Source: Phoronis australis (taxonomy: Eukaryota; Animalia; Phoronida). From it: DNA of 64,000 nt. Shown here piece by piece: positions 50,563-63,507 of the stretch; the first letter of the stretch is position 1, and each line of letters starts with the position of its first letter. The stretch is from assembly GCA_002633005.1 (NCBI GenBank), contig NMRA01000064.1, forward strand, positions 248,001 through 312,000, read 5' to 3'. The position numbers were made by a program, and so were the translations under genes. The notes beneath the pieces are model-generated. The model saw only the letters and a list, made by a program, of their open reading frames with translations, made no database searches and was not told the origin of the DNA.

Positions 50563-53500
50563 TTATAAATGAGATGTCCTGGCTTGTCCTACTTTTGAGT
50601 TGGTTTTCCTTCCAAGAGCATTACAAATGAAGTGTCCAGCCAACAGTAACTTGTCAACGTCTACACCCTGTGTGTACAACAAAGACAAACAAATGTGAGT
50701 TTGATGCATATAATAATAATAATAATAACAATAATAATAATAATACGTCACATCATGGGTTCATTTGAGATGTAGTTGAGACAAACCAATAAGACATGCG
50801 TTTTTAATGAGATTCACCGACAGCTGCAGGGGCGAATCTAGGATTTTGAGTTAGGGGGGCCAGGGCAGAGTATTAGCCAGGATTTTGCCCATTAGACATT
50901 CACACCCCTGAACTGTCAAATGGAGTCTGGGAGAATTTCAGGGGGTCATGGCCCCCACTCTAAATCTGCCACTGAGCTAATGAAAGAGAACCCGCCCACA
51001 ATGTCAGTCTTTCTAAGGACATGTGAAGAGTATACAACACTGTTTCATCTTTGAATTGCAGCTGGTCTATACCTACGATGCCCAATAGCATAAAATAAAG
51101 ATGGGATTGTTCCAGCAGAATAAACAAACCTTGTAACAATTTTAACGGCAAGCGAATACAAAGTGTTGAAGTTTTTGAATCTTTCACCATAGTCCTGTTA
51201 ATAATTGGGACAGTGTTTCTTAATAAGTTATAACACCAGAGACCTCGAACAATGTTTCAGTAATTATTCACTGCCTTCCTCAGTCACTATTTCATGCTGC
51301 TTCTTTTGTTTTACAAATTTTGCCTTGAAATTTCGATTGATTGTTGTCGCCATCTGTTGCTAAGCACATTTTAATGTAACAAATTTTAAGCTTCATTTTT
51401 AATAAATTTTAGAACGAAAGCCCTCTGATGGAGCGATACTTGCGAAATCAACAAAATAAGGGAGTACATACAGCGACATCACCATTAGCGATCAGATAAG
51501 GTATGCCGAAGACGTAGCATGAGAAATTAATGAAACACCAGTCCTCAGAAAATCTGATAAATTAAAATTAGTAAGTCGTAGTGAGAAACGGATGACACAC
51601 CCCAGACAGTCCTTGAGATCTATCTACATACTAAATTTCAGATGATTATTAAAAATAACACAGCGCCTTCTTGTGTTCAATTTTGATCAAAAACAATAGG
51701 AATTCAGCATTTCATCACAAAAGGTGTGCAATTTTACGTCAATCGGCCCGGGACAAACCATGCGACCAGTAGTGTGGCATATGATAGACCAACAAAAGAG
51801 CAGCATGGAACTAATCAATGAAAGGACAGTAATCAAATCCGTATATCTCGAATAACTCAAGAACGGTAAATCGGAGTGAGAAACATATGGCATGCTGCAG
51901 ATAGTGCTTGACACTATCTATACAAATACCAAACTTCAATAAGAAACTGGTGGGACAATGGAGATACATCACAAGAAATTAATGAAAAAGATTGAACATT
52001 TCTATTAAATGAGAGAACAGTAAGTTGTAGCGAAAAACGGATGCCATACTTCAGATATCTCTTGAAAAGATCTATCTCATACCAAATTTCAGAAGAATCT
52101 CTCAAAGGGCTGTGTAGATAAAACTCTGCAAAGTGAGAATTCCAAAATGGCCATCACAGTCCCATCTTGTGTTCAATTTAGACCAAGAACAACAGGCCTC
52201 AAGCTATTGATGGGTTACATTCATTGTAAATTTAAAATCAATCAGACAAGAAATGTAGCCAGCTGTATAGTGCAAATAAAAAAATCAAGCAAACCCACTA
52301 CACAACGTAACATATTTGGTGAATTTAATTTTGCCAACAAAAAACACATCAATGAGTACTGATTTAAGAACATAAATCTGCTTTGACTCGACACTCACCG
52401 TTTTAATTCCCAAGCCATCCAACATATAGACCACATCCTCTGTTGATACGTTGCCACTAGCACCCTTAGCATATGGACAGCCACCTAGCCCCGCCACGGA
52501 GCTGTCAACAACAGACACGCCCATCTAGAAACACAGTCATTATGACCTTTGTACATCAGAGTAAGAAACCACACAAATTGCAGTTAAGCCCCATAAACAG
52601 ATACTTAAGTCAAAATTGACAATTCAAATGAGACGTAGGAAAGATGAGTCCTCCTGCATTTTATACACTCAAGAAACTTGTGAAAATGCAAGACATCGCG
52701 AGATATTGCCCTGCATCACAAACAAAACATGAGATCATACTTGATTTAATCATGAAATTCTTGTGTCTACTCAATGCAGCTGAGCTTTAGATGCAATCAC
52801 TAAATTTCATTCTGGCGATACGTAATCACCTGAAATTAGTGACAGTAACTTGTCGTGTGAAAATATTTGTAATCCAATATCAAATCAAACAATTTTTTTA
52901 AAATGCTATACGTGAATTCAAAGAATAGTATTTTATCGCAGACATAAATTTTTTCTTTCACATGATAACGAGAATCGCGATCTTTAACCCATTTCCACTC
53001 AAGCTATGGACAGTTTGAAGTACGACCACTGTAAACTTGACAGTTAGTAGTACTATGACAAGGTCGAATATAAACTCCACTCCCCTCAGAAGAATACTTA
53101 GAAATCAAGCGAAAATCCCTTCATCAGGTCCAAAAAAATCAACTGCAATGGATGACAACTTCCCATGTGAATGCTTGAAAAAGTTGTCCTCAAATGGTTG
53201 AAAATTTCACCTCAAGGTTAAAATCACTTTCAACTCGCATAGACCCTTGGATTCCACTTATATTAGCTGTGAAAATCTCACTACACACATGCCTTTCCAG
53301 TTTTTACAGCCTCGACGGGATTTCCACCTCACTCAAAAGATCCCCTCAGAAGGCATGGGCCCTTTTCCCATCAGGTGAGTGAGGGCCCGTGCTGAACAAA
53401 TGCAAAACAAATTAGTGATACCTGAAGTGCTGCAAAGATGTTGACTAAGGCTTGCCCATAGGTGTCGTGGCAGTGCACTGCTATACTGTCAACAGGTATG

Positions 53501-56500
53501 TAGTGAAGTACCTCTGCAAGCATCGTCTTCATTTCTCCTGGGGTACCCACACCTATTGTGTCACCTAGGGAAATCTCATAGCAGCCCATCTCGTAGAGTT
53601 TTGAGGCTACCTATGAACCAAGGAATATTGAAACGAGCAGTTCAAGAAACTAAATTTCATTGGACTTTCAAATAAATTTCTTCTGCAGCTAAGTTCTTCA
53701 AGAGTAAGTGACACCTGTGGGTGATGATTGTAAGATATTATTGTCACTACTGGATGAACAGTCTTCACTGAATTGTCTGTACTAGAATGAAAATACGTCA
53801 AAACATGAGCCTATGATAACTCATGGGTGATATTTGTAGAGAACAAAATGTGTCATAACTTGAGCCTATTATAATTCCTGGATGGTATTTGCAGAGAACA
53901 AAATATGTCAAACATTAGCCTATTATAGCTCCTGGATGATATTTGTAGAGAACAAAATATGCCAAACATGAGCCTATTATAACTCCTGGATGGTATTTGT
54001 AGAGAACAATGTAAGATGTAAAATACTAAATTTATTTCCTGGTGAAATACAAAGTTCTAGTATAAAATGCTGCTTTAAACCGGCCTTCCATTAAAAAACA
54101 CTTGATTTCGACCACATACAATGATCTGGTCTCACGTTGCCCTTTACTCAGAATGAGAAATAGTCTCTGAGCTTGGAGAAAACAAACACTTTGTTATTTC
54201 TTGAGATCATGTTTCACCCACAAAGTGATCCAACAAGAGATGCTGACTTGCTGAGGCTGTTTTTGCAGAATAATAAACTGCTAATTTGATATTAATTTCA
54301 TAACTGTAGGTGCTTTTTAAGGAAAGCATTGATTACAACAGCTTAGATATATGTCTTGCAAGAATGATTACCTTGGCCACTTGGGACGGGGAAACTTTGC
54401 CTTCATAAGGGCATCCCAATACACAAGACACATAACTGAAAATGTTTCAATTTCAATGAACACAAACTGAAGACACTTTCAGAAAATAAAATTAACAAAA
54501 GGTGAGTCATTGTTACCAAAGTTTACAGTCATACAATTTTAGCAATTACATATTTTCCACAGATTTGAATTGAAAGGTAATGACACTCAAGATCCTCACC
54601 AAAATGCAACTGTTTGGTTATGGTTACAGTATACACCTCTCCAGAAAATTTCATCAAAATCCAAACACATATTAACTTTTTGAATCAAATTGAATCAAAT
54701 CACGAATGTAAGCAGAAATCTAAGCTCATCATCCCTGTTCATCAACACAGAACTTGTTCAAGGTATCCCAAGGGTCAGTTTCAAGAATGTGACCTCAGAC
54801 AAGAATGTGACCTAAGACAAGAATGTGACCTAAGACAAGAATGTGACCTCAGACAAGAATGTGACCTAAGACAAGAATGTGACCTAAGACAAGAATGTGA
54901 CCTTAGACAAGAATGTGACCTAAGACAAGAATGTGACCTCAGACAAAAATCTGTTCTCACACTTCCACTTCCCAGTTGCTGAAAAAAGTTTAGACACGTA
55001 AATAATGAATGCATCAGTCTAGAAATAAAAATTATCTCAATAACTATCAGCAATGCGTATGTTCTCAGGAAGACTACGCCCTTTTGCTCAAGCGAGATTT
55101 AATTATATTTCGCTAATAATTGCGTCGTGCGTAAGACCAAGCTTGCGTCTAAGTTTTAAGTCACTTTTCATGAAACAAACTCCAGTTCTACAATTAATTC
55201 ACTAGCACCACCAAGCGAATTTCGAATTCCTCACTACAAGTTTTAAAAGTTGTACTCCATTATGTCGTAGCATCGGTGACCTACCCCCTAACTGGTACGG
55301 TGACCTACCTCCTAACTGGTACGGTGACCTACCCCCTAACTGGTACGGTGACCTACCCCCTAACTGGTACGGTGACTTACCCCCTAACTGGTATATTGGC
55401 CTGTTTGGCTGCTTCAGCTACTACTTGGAATCTGTCCAGGCTCTCACTGATAGAACAGTTGATATTTTTTCTGCAATGAAGATGATTTTGTAGAATGTCA
55501 TTCTTTCCAAAAAGGAAAAACAAAGATAACCTTGTTATTAAATGTTTACAATGTCAAATACTTGTAACAGATTTCTCACAAAACACCAATAGTTCATGAC
55601 TTAGTTATGTTCATTTGATGCATAACTTCAGTTCTGGGCTGGGTTGGATAAAACTTGTAAATTTTCCGCTGGATAAGTTTGATTGTTGCATGACATCAGG
55701 TGCATTGTTCTAATAACAACGCGATAATGTGTCATCATTGTTGCTATGCAGCGTGTAACTTTTATGCAACTGGGCCCTGGTCAAAAACTAAGTTAACATA
55801 AAAATTTGAGTTAAAAACAAAACTGTCCTGCTGTAAAATCATTGACTAGCAGATCGAATCAATTAACACACAGCATAATAATTGAAACAACAATTACTTG
55901 CTGAAACTTTCCGAGGCTGCACCAAAGATGGCCACTTCGTCCACTCCAACAGACACCTGTAAACAACAGGAAGTGGAAATCACTTTATCTGATTTTATGA
56001 AACCAATGGGAAGACATTAAACATCATCAGATTGATAGTCGCATGAACACTCAGTCACAATGGATATAGTACCTGCTTTCTTGTATTATCTACTCGTATT
56101 TTTTAATCACTGTTCAATTTTTATTGTGTTTCATTTCTCCAGTAGCTCTGTTATACTAGTTTGAATTAAATAAGTTGATAAGTAAATGAAGAAACTTTTT
56201 TAGTCATTTTCTTCCATTTTCACTATTTTTAGATATAAATAAAATAGGATAATATTAGAGCTGAATCTGCAGGGAATTGTGCAATCATTATGTTAGATGA
56301 AATCATGCACCATGAATTTTAAATGGTTTAACAGCAGAAAGTTTTTGCTTATGCCATTTTCATAAGTCATTTAAAATAATAAGCTGTTTTATGTTAGTAT
56401 TTTGCAAAACTTTTCCCCAAGCCAACAGCGAATGCGCTGTCAGAAAAAGGGTTATTCGTAAACTTTTCCAACTAATTTCAAAGATGCTTATATTGATTTT

Positions 56501-59500
56501 TGTCAACTTGTTTATAAAATGTAATAAAAAATTAGAATTCGTATGAGATCCTCGTCACACTAAAAGATCTAAACTCACACCCTGTGTCTCATGTATGACA
56601 AAGAACCTGATAAGCAAGCATTTTTAACTGGTCAGGAGAAAAATTCTGTGCGCAACATAGGCTGAAAAGGATTCTTTAACACAATATTTAAATTGATAAA
56701 AAGTTCAATTACAAACAGATTTTTTTGCAATGATTCTCTTACTGCAGCATTGAATCCTTGAATATTTGGAGTAAGAGCTGAAAACACAACACCAGGCTTC
56801 TTTTTTATTCTTTGATAGACACTGCTATTATCAGCCATCTGAAATAAGCATATAGTTGTTAGTAAAAATACTAACAATTTAATCAGTTTGTACATCACCT
56901 TAGTTCAAGTAGAACCATCAGTCTCAGTCTTTCTTGTTAAAAGACTCAAAAGGTTCACTCCTTTACAAAAAAGCAAAACAAGGCATTTTGTCATGTGTAT
57001 CCTTATAAACTCTGTATTTTGGAAGCAAATTTTTACAAACTGGCCTTTGGAATAAAGAAATTTAGTTTCAATTCAACAGCCAAAAAGTCAGGAATTATGG
57101 GTTGACGCTAGAGATTAAGAGTTTTACTTTACGTACAAGGTATCACAGGGCACTAATACTGCCCGTAAAAATCAATTTTAAAAATACATAAACATCAAGG
57201 TTTGGCAGGAAAACACATTTTTTCAATGTTACATCCTTGCCTGAGGAACCCATTTTGGAGAAACGAAACTTGTAACTTCAATCACAGAGAGTCCCGCGTC
57301 TGACAGTCTATTGATGAGATCAACTTTAGTGTCTGTGGGGACGATTTCCTAAAACCAAATAAAGCAAAATAATACAATTAAGTCTCAACAGAGTTAAATT
57401 CAAAAAATAACAAATCATAAAGAATACATCATTCAAAGTTCAGTAATCATTTATGACTTATAAGTTGCCTTTACAAATTACACCAGACTCACCCCTGATC
57501 ACCTGCAGACAGCCCATTACCATACCCTTAGTAATTAGGATGAACTACGCCCAATCTGATAGAAATAATGACAACTATGTGCACTATTTTCTGACAAAGA
57601 TTTACAGGCTCAGTTAGCTGAGGTATGTCTTTATGAATAGGCTTAATTGCTGCTTGGCTGCACCTTAATTTCTATCACCAGAATTCGCATGAGGTGTAAA
57701 GCACCATGCTTAGCCTAGTCTTGGTGTAGTATGGTCATGTTTCAAGTGATAATTATGATAACTCAAAAACTCAACCACACGTTCACATAATGTAAACCAC
57801 TCTTTGAACTATGTTAATAATTTATCACGTTTGCGTTGTTGTCTAGTCATGATGTAATACTCACAAATATCACATGGGATGAAAGTCAACAACAAACACC
57901 TCTTGAAATTGTTATGTGTGACATTACTACGTACCTTCTCATTTTGCAGGCCATCTCTTGGTCCAACTTCAACAATTTTAACAAACTTTGGTAAAGATGT
58001 GCTCTGAAATAGTAAAACAAGACATTTATCTTTGATCAGGACAGAGCTTACTGTCGTCACAGGACTGGAAAATGCGTACCCACCTGGATATGCCAAAACA
58101 CTAGGGAAGCAATACATGGTGATCACTGAGTATTGAAAATATACCGGCCAATAAGTTGATAATTCACAGCAGCTAAAATGGGAGCCCTAAAACTATTGTA
58201 ACCCGTCCTGTCATTTTTTAACAAAATTAATTCATTTTGTAAACTTTTTAGTATTTCATTATGTTTTATTGTCGAGATGGACCGTCCGGAGTAGGCAGGC
58301 GGGCTACTCCGGACGATCTGAATTAACCGCAAGTCTCTCCGCTCAATTACTCTTTATTGCACTTCAATTTGACTGCGTTAGGATAAGAGTTGCCTGAAGA
58401 ATTAAGACGTTTGATTTCATCTTTCGCCCTTTTTGTCGGCAGAAATAGAGTTCACATTATTTTGAATTCCTCATAAAAATTGGAGTATATGCCCTTTCTC
58501 TCACAAAAATCGGTCAAGTTTCGTGAAAGATGGCTGTAATATTTGTACTGCCTTGTGGAAGAATCCCGCAGCTGCCTATCCTGTCTAACAGAAATTGACG
58601 ACTAAACCTTTAAAATGAGACGGCCTCTTCAAGAAATATTCTTGTCCCTTGCGATGAACACTAATGTTCACTTGAAGGTGTAGCTATTTCACACCAGCAT
58701 TTCCCATAAACCCTTTCACACTTGATCTCTCTCCAACAAAACACAGTCATGTATTTCCAGACGTCAACGTCTCGCAAATTCTACCTCCCAAAGCAAGAAT
58801 CAAAATTGACCACTGGATTCTAAAGTTGGCAGCCAGTGCACATTATTTCTTACTCACTAAATGAAAGTAGTTCACAACTCAGTGGTCAGAACTAATTACC
58901 ATGCAGCTGGAGACAGACAAAGGCCTATTCAAATCACTGATAAAAGCGTGAACAGCTCAAAATTATATTCCCTGAAGCCCTTAATTTTGCTTCACAATCA
59001 AAATAACGTTATGTATAGCAAAAACCAAACTCTTTATTAATTTTACTTAAATGAGTCATATTCCCTGGCGCAAATAGTGTAAAAAAGGCCAGTTGCTGAT
59101 TTGGGCAACTCAATGAAGGACTGTTCAAAAAAGTTTGGTTGCAGCAGTATTTTTTCGAGCAGAGAAGAGTTAAAGACATAAACGACTTCTTAAGGTATCC
59201 CTCTATGCGCAAAAGGTACTTATAGGAGCATGATTTAATTAGTGTGATGCATAATTCGTAGTAAAGCTTCCAGCATATGAAGAGCCTATGGGATGGACAC
59301 TGTCTCCTATTGCACCCAGCTGAGGTGGTGGTGCTGTCTAGGAAGAATGAAATGACATGTATTACAATTACATGGTACAAATCATTACAAATGTTTTTAT
59401 TTTAAAGGGCTGTGGACTGTACTGAACAAAAAGTATGGGTTGACTCCATGATCTTGCATGCACTCCCGCCTATCAAGCGCTATACAAGTCCACAGCTTTT

Positions 59501-59814
59501 TGAAAAAGGCATCCTTATCTACATGCGCACCCAAAGGCCTGACTTGGATTATCCCTGGAACTCAGTATGAACTATGTTCCAAAATGAAAACATTTCAGCG
59601 CCACCTGTTGTGTTTATCTAAAAGTGGCACTAAGTGATACATTGCTTTCAATTAAATACAATATTGAGAAATAAGAAGCAAATTAAATGAAGCAGTTGTG
59701 TAGGTAAGTTTATGCTGGTTTCGTTTGCAAACTCACGGCAACATCGATAAACTTTTGACGAGCTTGAAACAAAATGTTTGAAGAGGCTTTCACAACGTAT
59801 CTACTTAGAACCAT
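50563..59814 (-). CDS. HMGCL: Hydroxymethylglutaryl-CoA lyase, 327 aa
   Basis: Exons 59814-59737, 58003-57935 ([16 protein letters not shown]), 57348-57241 ([13 protein letters not shown] donor), 56838-56743, 55956-55898, 55470-55381, 54435-54372 ([12 protein letters not shown]), 53610-53422 ([19 protein letters not shown]), 52524-52399 ([15 protein letters not shown]), 50667-50563; 984 nt in phase; ends in SHL. Confidence 0.95.
50709..50744. repeat. (TAA)n microsatellite
   Basis: About 12 units with one CAA interruption. Confidence 0.9.
50827..50974. mobile_element. Short MITE with hAT-like CAG(G/T)GGC ends
   Basis: Left CAGGGGCGAATCTAG, right CTAAATCTGCCACTG; no clear 8-bp TSD. Confidence 0.5.
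51340..52270 (-). mobile_element. Degenerate internally repetitive element related to 13430-14620
   Basis: Repeated GTAAGT.GTAG.GA.AAACGGATG...GATCTATCT..CATAC.AAATTTCAGA and C.TCTTGTGTTCAATTT blocks at ~51570-51690 and ~52020-52180. Confidence 0.55.
53790..54009. repeat. ~54-bp minisatellite x4
   Basis: AAAATATGTCAAACATGAGCCTATTATAACTCCTGGATGRTATTTGTAGAGAAC units. Confidence 0.9.
54782..54946. repeat. 18-bp minisatellite x9
   Basis: CAAGAATGTGACCT(A/C/T)AGA units; ORFs (QECDLR)n and (CLRSHS)n are artefacts. Confidence 0.95.
55275..55393. repeat. 24-bp minisatellite x5 overlapping the HMGCL exon 6 donor
   Basis: GGTGACCTACCCCCTAACTGGTAC units at 55275, 55299, 55323, 55347 and 55371; the last unit contains the exon end and the GTAAGT donor. 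Confidence 0.95.
58500..58710 (+). mobile_element. Second copy of the Helitron-like family at 3090-3332, lacking the hairpin end
   Basis: Shared TTTGTACTGCCT...AAGAATCCC.CAGC...CTCTTCAAGAA.TATTC...CGATGAACA...GGTGTA.CTATTT...TTTCCCA. Confidence 0.7.
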
Positions 59815-59924
59815 TTTTGTGCTCTCCAATGTTTGGAGATACATAAAAGGATTGCTTTCAAAAAGCGGTTGTTTGCGACGGTTGCGGCTGGGAAGCCACT
59901 TCAGTAATGCGATTGTTTTAAAAT
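59815..59924. promoter_or_regulatory. Bidirectional promoter region for HMGCL (-) and LRRC45 (+), including the candidate non-coding LRRC45 exon 1
   Basis: HMGCL ATG at 59814 (AAAAATGG); plus-strand donor AAT|GTAAGT at 59924/59925; next acceptor TTTTCAG at 62677, 18 nt before the LRRC45 ATG. Confidence 0.6.
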
Positions 59925-60360
59925 GTAAGTAAATCTGAGATTTGCATAACTTTGTATGACGGAGTTGGAATTGCCCTCAGTAATAAATAGGTAGCGTAAT
60001 CTTAGAAATCCTAACCAACCAACGTCAGTTGCACTGTGTGACACTGTCGCTGTGCTGCACTGCTGCACAGACATTCAGTCACTTCAGTAATTCAGTTGCA
60101 GTTTCAGTTTGCTGATGCAGGATTTCCCAGGTGACATCAATTGTAAATTTAAGCATGAAACGACTTGATTTATGTAAACACATGGCAGGACACTCAACAT
60201 ATGTTTTAGCAGTGTTTATTAAGTCGTGTGAACTCCCCAGTTACGCATGTGGTCACTCCTGAAGACTCTTATTAAAGTTATTTTGCATTTGTACTACTAT
60301 CATTTATTCCCAGGTTAGACAGTGACCACAGTCTCTACTGGCTCGCAGTAGAGGCTGTGA

Positions 60361-60867
60361 AGCTCCTATAGGCGCTTCATATGATTTTTGGCAAATTTTG
60401 CCTCACACTGACTAAAACATCAATGCTACGTTGTTATAGTCTTTTGCGCATTAAAGAGGGACACCTTAGCCTCAGGAGGCCATAGATGTATTTATATTCC
60501 TTCCAACTTGAACAAATACTCAGGTTATCAAGCTTTTTCTTCAATCAGTCCTTCGTTCAGTTCCCAAAATTGGTAACTCGCCATTTTTAACACTGCGCGC
60601 CAGGTGGTCGTCATCATGTCCTCTGGCGCATGCAATGTTAAAAATGGTGAGTTACCGATTTTGGGAACTGAACGACGGACTGCTCAAAGAAAAAGTTTGA
60701 TAACAGGAGTATTTGTTCAAGTCGGAAGGAATTACATACGTCAACGGCCTCCTAAGGTGTCCTTTTGAGAGCAAAAGGTATTTATAGCAATGTGACTTTG
60801 ATGTTTTAGTCAGTTCGAGGCATAATTCACCGAAATGCTTCCGGCGTATGAAGCACCTATAGGAGCT
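60361..60867. mobile_element. ~507-bp foldback (fully palindromic) element
   Basis: Arms of ~250 bp pair along their length: AGCTCCTATAGG/CCTATAGGAGCT, CTGACTAAAACATCAA/TTGATGTTTTAGTCAG, CTTGAACAAATACTC/GAGTATTTGTTCAAG, CGTTCAGTTCCCAAAAT/ATTTTGGGAACTGAACG, CCATTTTTAACA/TGTTAAAAATGG; centre near 60612. Confidence 0.9.
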
Positions 60868-61612
60868 ACATCTTGCACAAAGTTAATGTCATTAAAAACT
60901 ATACTCATCCTTGATTACTTTAATTTGGTTACCACAACGAAAGGAATGTCATTCGTCCATTACTGAGCATTCTGCATTACCGGGTAAGTAAACTTTGGGG
61001 GCGGTGAAATTGAACGTTATCTGTTGGTTAATCTTTGTTTTCACCGATCCTTCAATGGGATATTCTTCATTTATAAGATTGCACACAGTTCAATGCAAAT
61101 TACCAGAAGTGGTTGCATTTTGCTCGTAGTTTTGAATACTTTACAGCCAAGGAACCAAAATTCTTACATTTTTCCTTACTAGTAGGCAAAGTTGTCATCA
61201 TCTCCCAAAAGATGTCACTTTCCAAATCAAAAATCAAGCAACTGGGCCATGTGTTTGTCTCAAGTGTGCTGTGAACGTTGTGAATTTCTGGTTCCGGGCT
61301 TGATGTACGGTATGTTCATATCCATAAAAAGCCTCTCTAAATTGCATGCCATTGGGTTGAATGATTTGAGACAGAGAGAGAGAGAGATCAGAATTTTTAT
61401 TTAATCTGACACAAATGTACAAAATGAAACAAAGAGTAACACACGAAAGAGCGTATGTACAATCAAGAATATAACAATGACTGCTATTATATTGTACACA
61501 TTTTATTTCATTTCATTTCATTTAAATGATATACTTTGCACAATCTGATTTGGTTGCTAACCATAGGAATAAACTGCTACTGGTAGCGGCTGGTTGCCAG
61601 TAATAATTACTA

Positions 61613-61718
<106 letters not shown>

Positions 61719-61799
61719 AGATGAGTTCACAAAAATGTATTTACTTAGAATACTGACAGACATAATCCCAAACGAAAAGCACTGGAGATGGTCAAAGGC

Positions 61800-62200
61800 G
61801 ACACAGAATCTCTGAACATTCAAACATATAACAATTTATGACGTGGCAGTTTTCATAATACCGTAGTTGTTTATAGTATATCTTTAAAGTAAAGGGAAAA
61901 ACCTAATACAGAGTGAGTTATTGTTTTGTTCAAAATGAATTCTGGAAAATTGCAGTGGTTCAAAAGATATGGTAATACAATCTGTTTTGTGTTGATGTTT
62001 TTTCATTGGAGGCATAGTATATGGTGGCGGATAGTTTATATTATTAGTAATGTAACCAGAGCATTGCGGTGGTGTTGTTGTGCGCATGTTTTCTTTCTTG
62101 AAGTGTATGAATTCTATGGTATAAAAGTATCTAGGGAGTATTTTGTTTATATATTTGTTGTACAATTTTATGAAAGATAATGTATCACTCATCAATCGTC
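61800..62200 (-). mobile_element. LINE (CR1/L2-clade-like) ORF2 C-terminal relic
   Basis: IKLYNKYINKILPRYF and terminal ENCHVINCYMF resemble the recalled K..YKY.N..LP.YF ... C...NCYIC tail of CR1/L2-group LINEs; frameshifted. Confidence 0.55.
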
Positions 62201-62695
62201 CATCAACTTATCTCTCTGCTGGCTCCATCTCCAGCTTTAGATGCTTCAGTGTCCTAGGTAAAGAATTTTGATTTTCAGCTTTAGCTCTACATGGGAAATA
62301 CTCTGTTTGCCTGTAACAATCCTAGGAGAGGTTTGACAGCTCACCTCATGCCCCTGGTAAATCTATTTTGGCTCTGGACACATTTGCACTGTTGTGGTTA
62401 AATGAAAAAACAATGTTGGAAAATGTTTTAATCGCTCACCTATGGGCAATTTTTTTTTGGTCTTATTATTTTTAACCTGTCTTAAAAGATGTAGACTCTG
62501 CAATATTGTTCAACTCCTATACCTTGGTATTTTTTCTACAGTGGAACTCAAGTTTGGTTCAACTCACAACTCATGGTCGAAAAGGAGTCAAACAGAGATT
62601 GTGTGTGTGTTGTGGGTCTTGGGATTCAGAATTACGTCTGTGGGCTTGTTTGTGAACACTGTGAATCTTATTTTCAGGTATTTCCGGATCTAAGT

Positions 62696-63507
62696 ATGGA
62701 TGACTTCAAGTTTTTGTACCTTTCACTCTGTAAAGAGCATCACATTGAGCCACAGGACTGTGTAATTCGCCAGCTTAGAAGGTATCAAGTTATACGTTTT
62801 TAAAATTCAGAATTGTGTTATATTTTTTCTTGATGTTTTGCCACAGATTTGCTTCAAGTAAGTAACGCATGTAACCCAAATAAGTCAGTCAACTGAAAAT
62901 GGTTAATTTTTGTATGTTACATAATTATAATGCCTACTAAAAGCATAGCCATGGTTCAATATTTTCTGCTACTAACCAGTCTGTGGTGGACTTCAACAAT
63001 TCAGGATGGACCAATAAGTGAAGAGAAAAGATGTTTTTGTCAGGAAGGTTGTCTGAGTGAGGATTGATCGACCTAATTTAGATCCGCCCATGTATACCCT
63101 GTGTGAAGGTCTTGATCTCTGAGTGCCTGTTTACAGTTGGAGAAATATTTTGTACATATATTGCCATTTATCTTTTGATCTAAATCTTGTTCCAGTCCAT
63201 CAAGTAAAAAATCTCCTTGACTGGATTTTCAAGAGTTTTTTTCTCTGTACCTAACAGAATGAAAATTTCCATGTAGACTTTTACATCAATTTAATTATTT
63301 GTCGGTGTACAATACACCTAATGCTAATCTTGCTCTTTTCTTTGTTGTCCAGCGGTCAGTCTGCCCCCAGGTCTGGTCGTGGGTCAGTCCTGAATTTATC
63401 GACTTGTAGTCTTACCATAAAGACATGCGCTGTTCTGGGTAAAATTTTGGCAACGGACAGATCTGTGCATGAATTGAAGCTTGCCGACTGTATGCTGAAT
63501 GAAGAAG
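62696..63507 (+). CDS. LRRC45: Leucine-rich repeat-containing protein 45, first two coding exons (continues beyond the window)
   Basis: Exons 62696-62781 (MDDFKFLYLSLCKEHHIEPQDCVIRQLR) and 63353-63507 (LNLSTCSLTIKTCAVLGKILATDRSVHELKLADCMLNEEG) match recalled human [27 protein letters not shown]...LDLATQSLTVETCRALGKLL...ELVLSDCMLSEEG. Confidence 0.88.

Noticed and set aside
1-55393. Apparent bias of tandem-repeat unit lengths to multiples of three (15, 18, 24, 27, 30, 39, 84)
   Set aside because: Counter-examples exist (44, 52, ~43 bp), the sample is small, and the ORF track highlights 3n units.
58900-58924. 25-nt candidate HMGCL microexon (PLSVSSCM) with plausible AG/GT
   Set aside because: Out of phase with exon 1 unless further exons with weak donors are invoked; the direct 59737-58003 splice already gives a normal-length protein.
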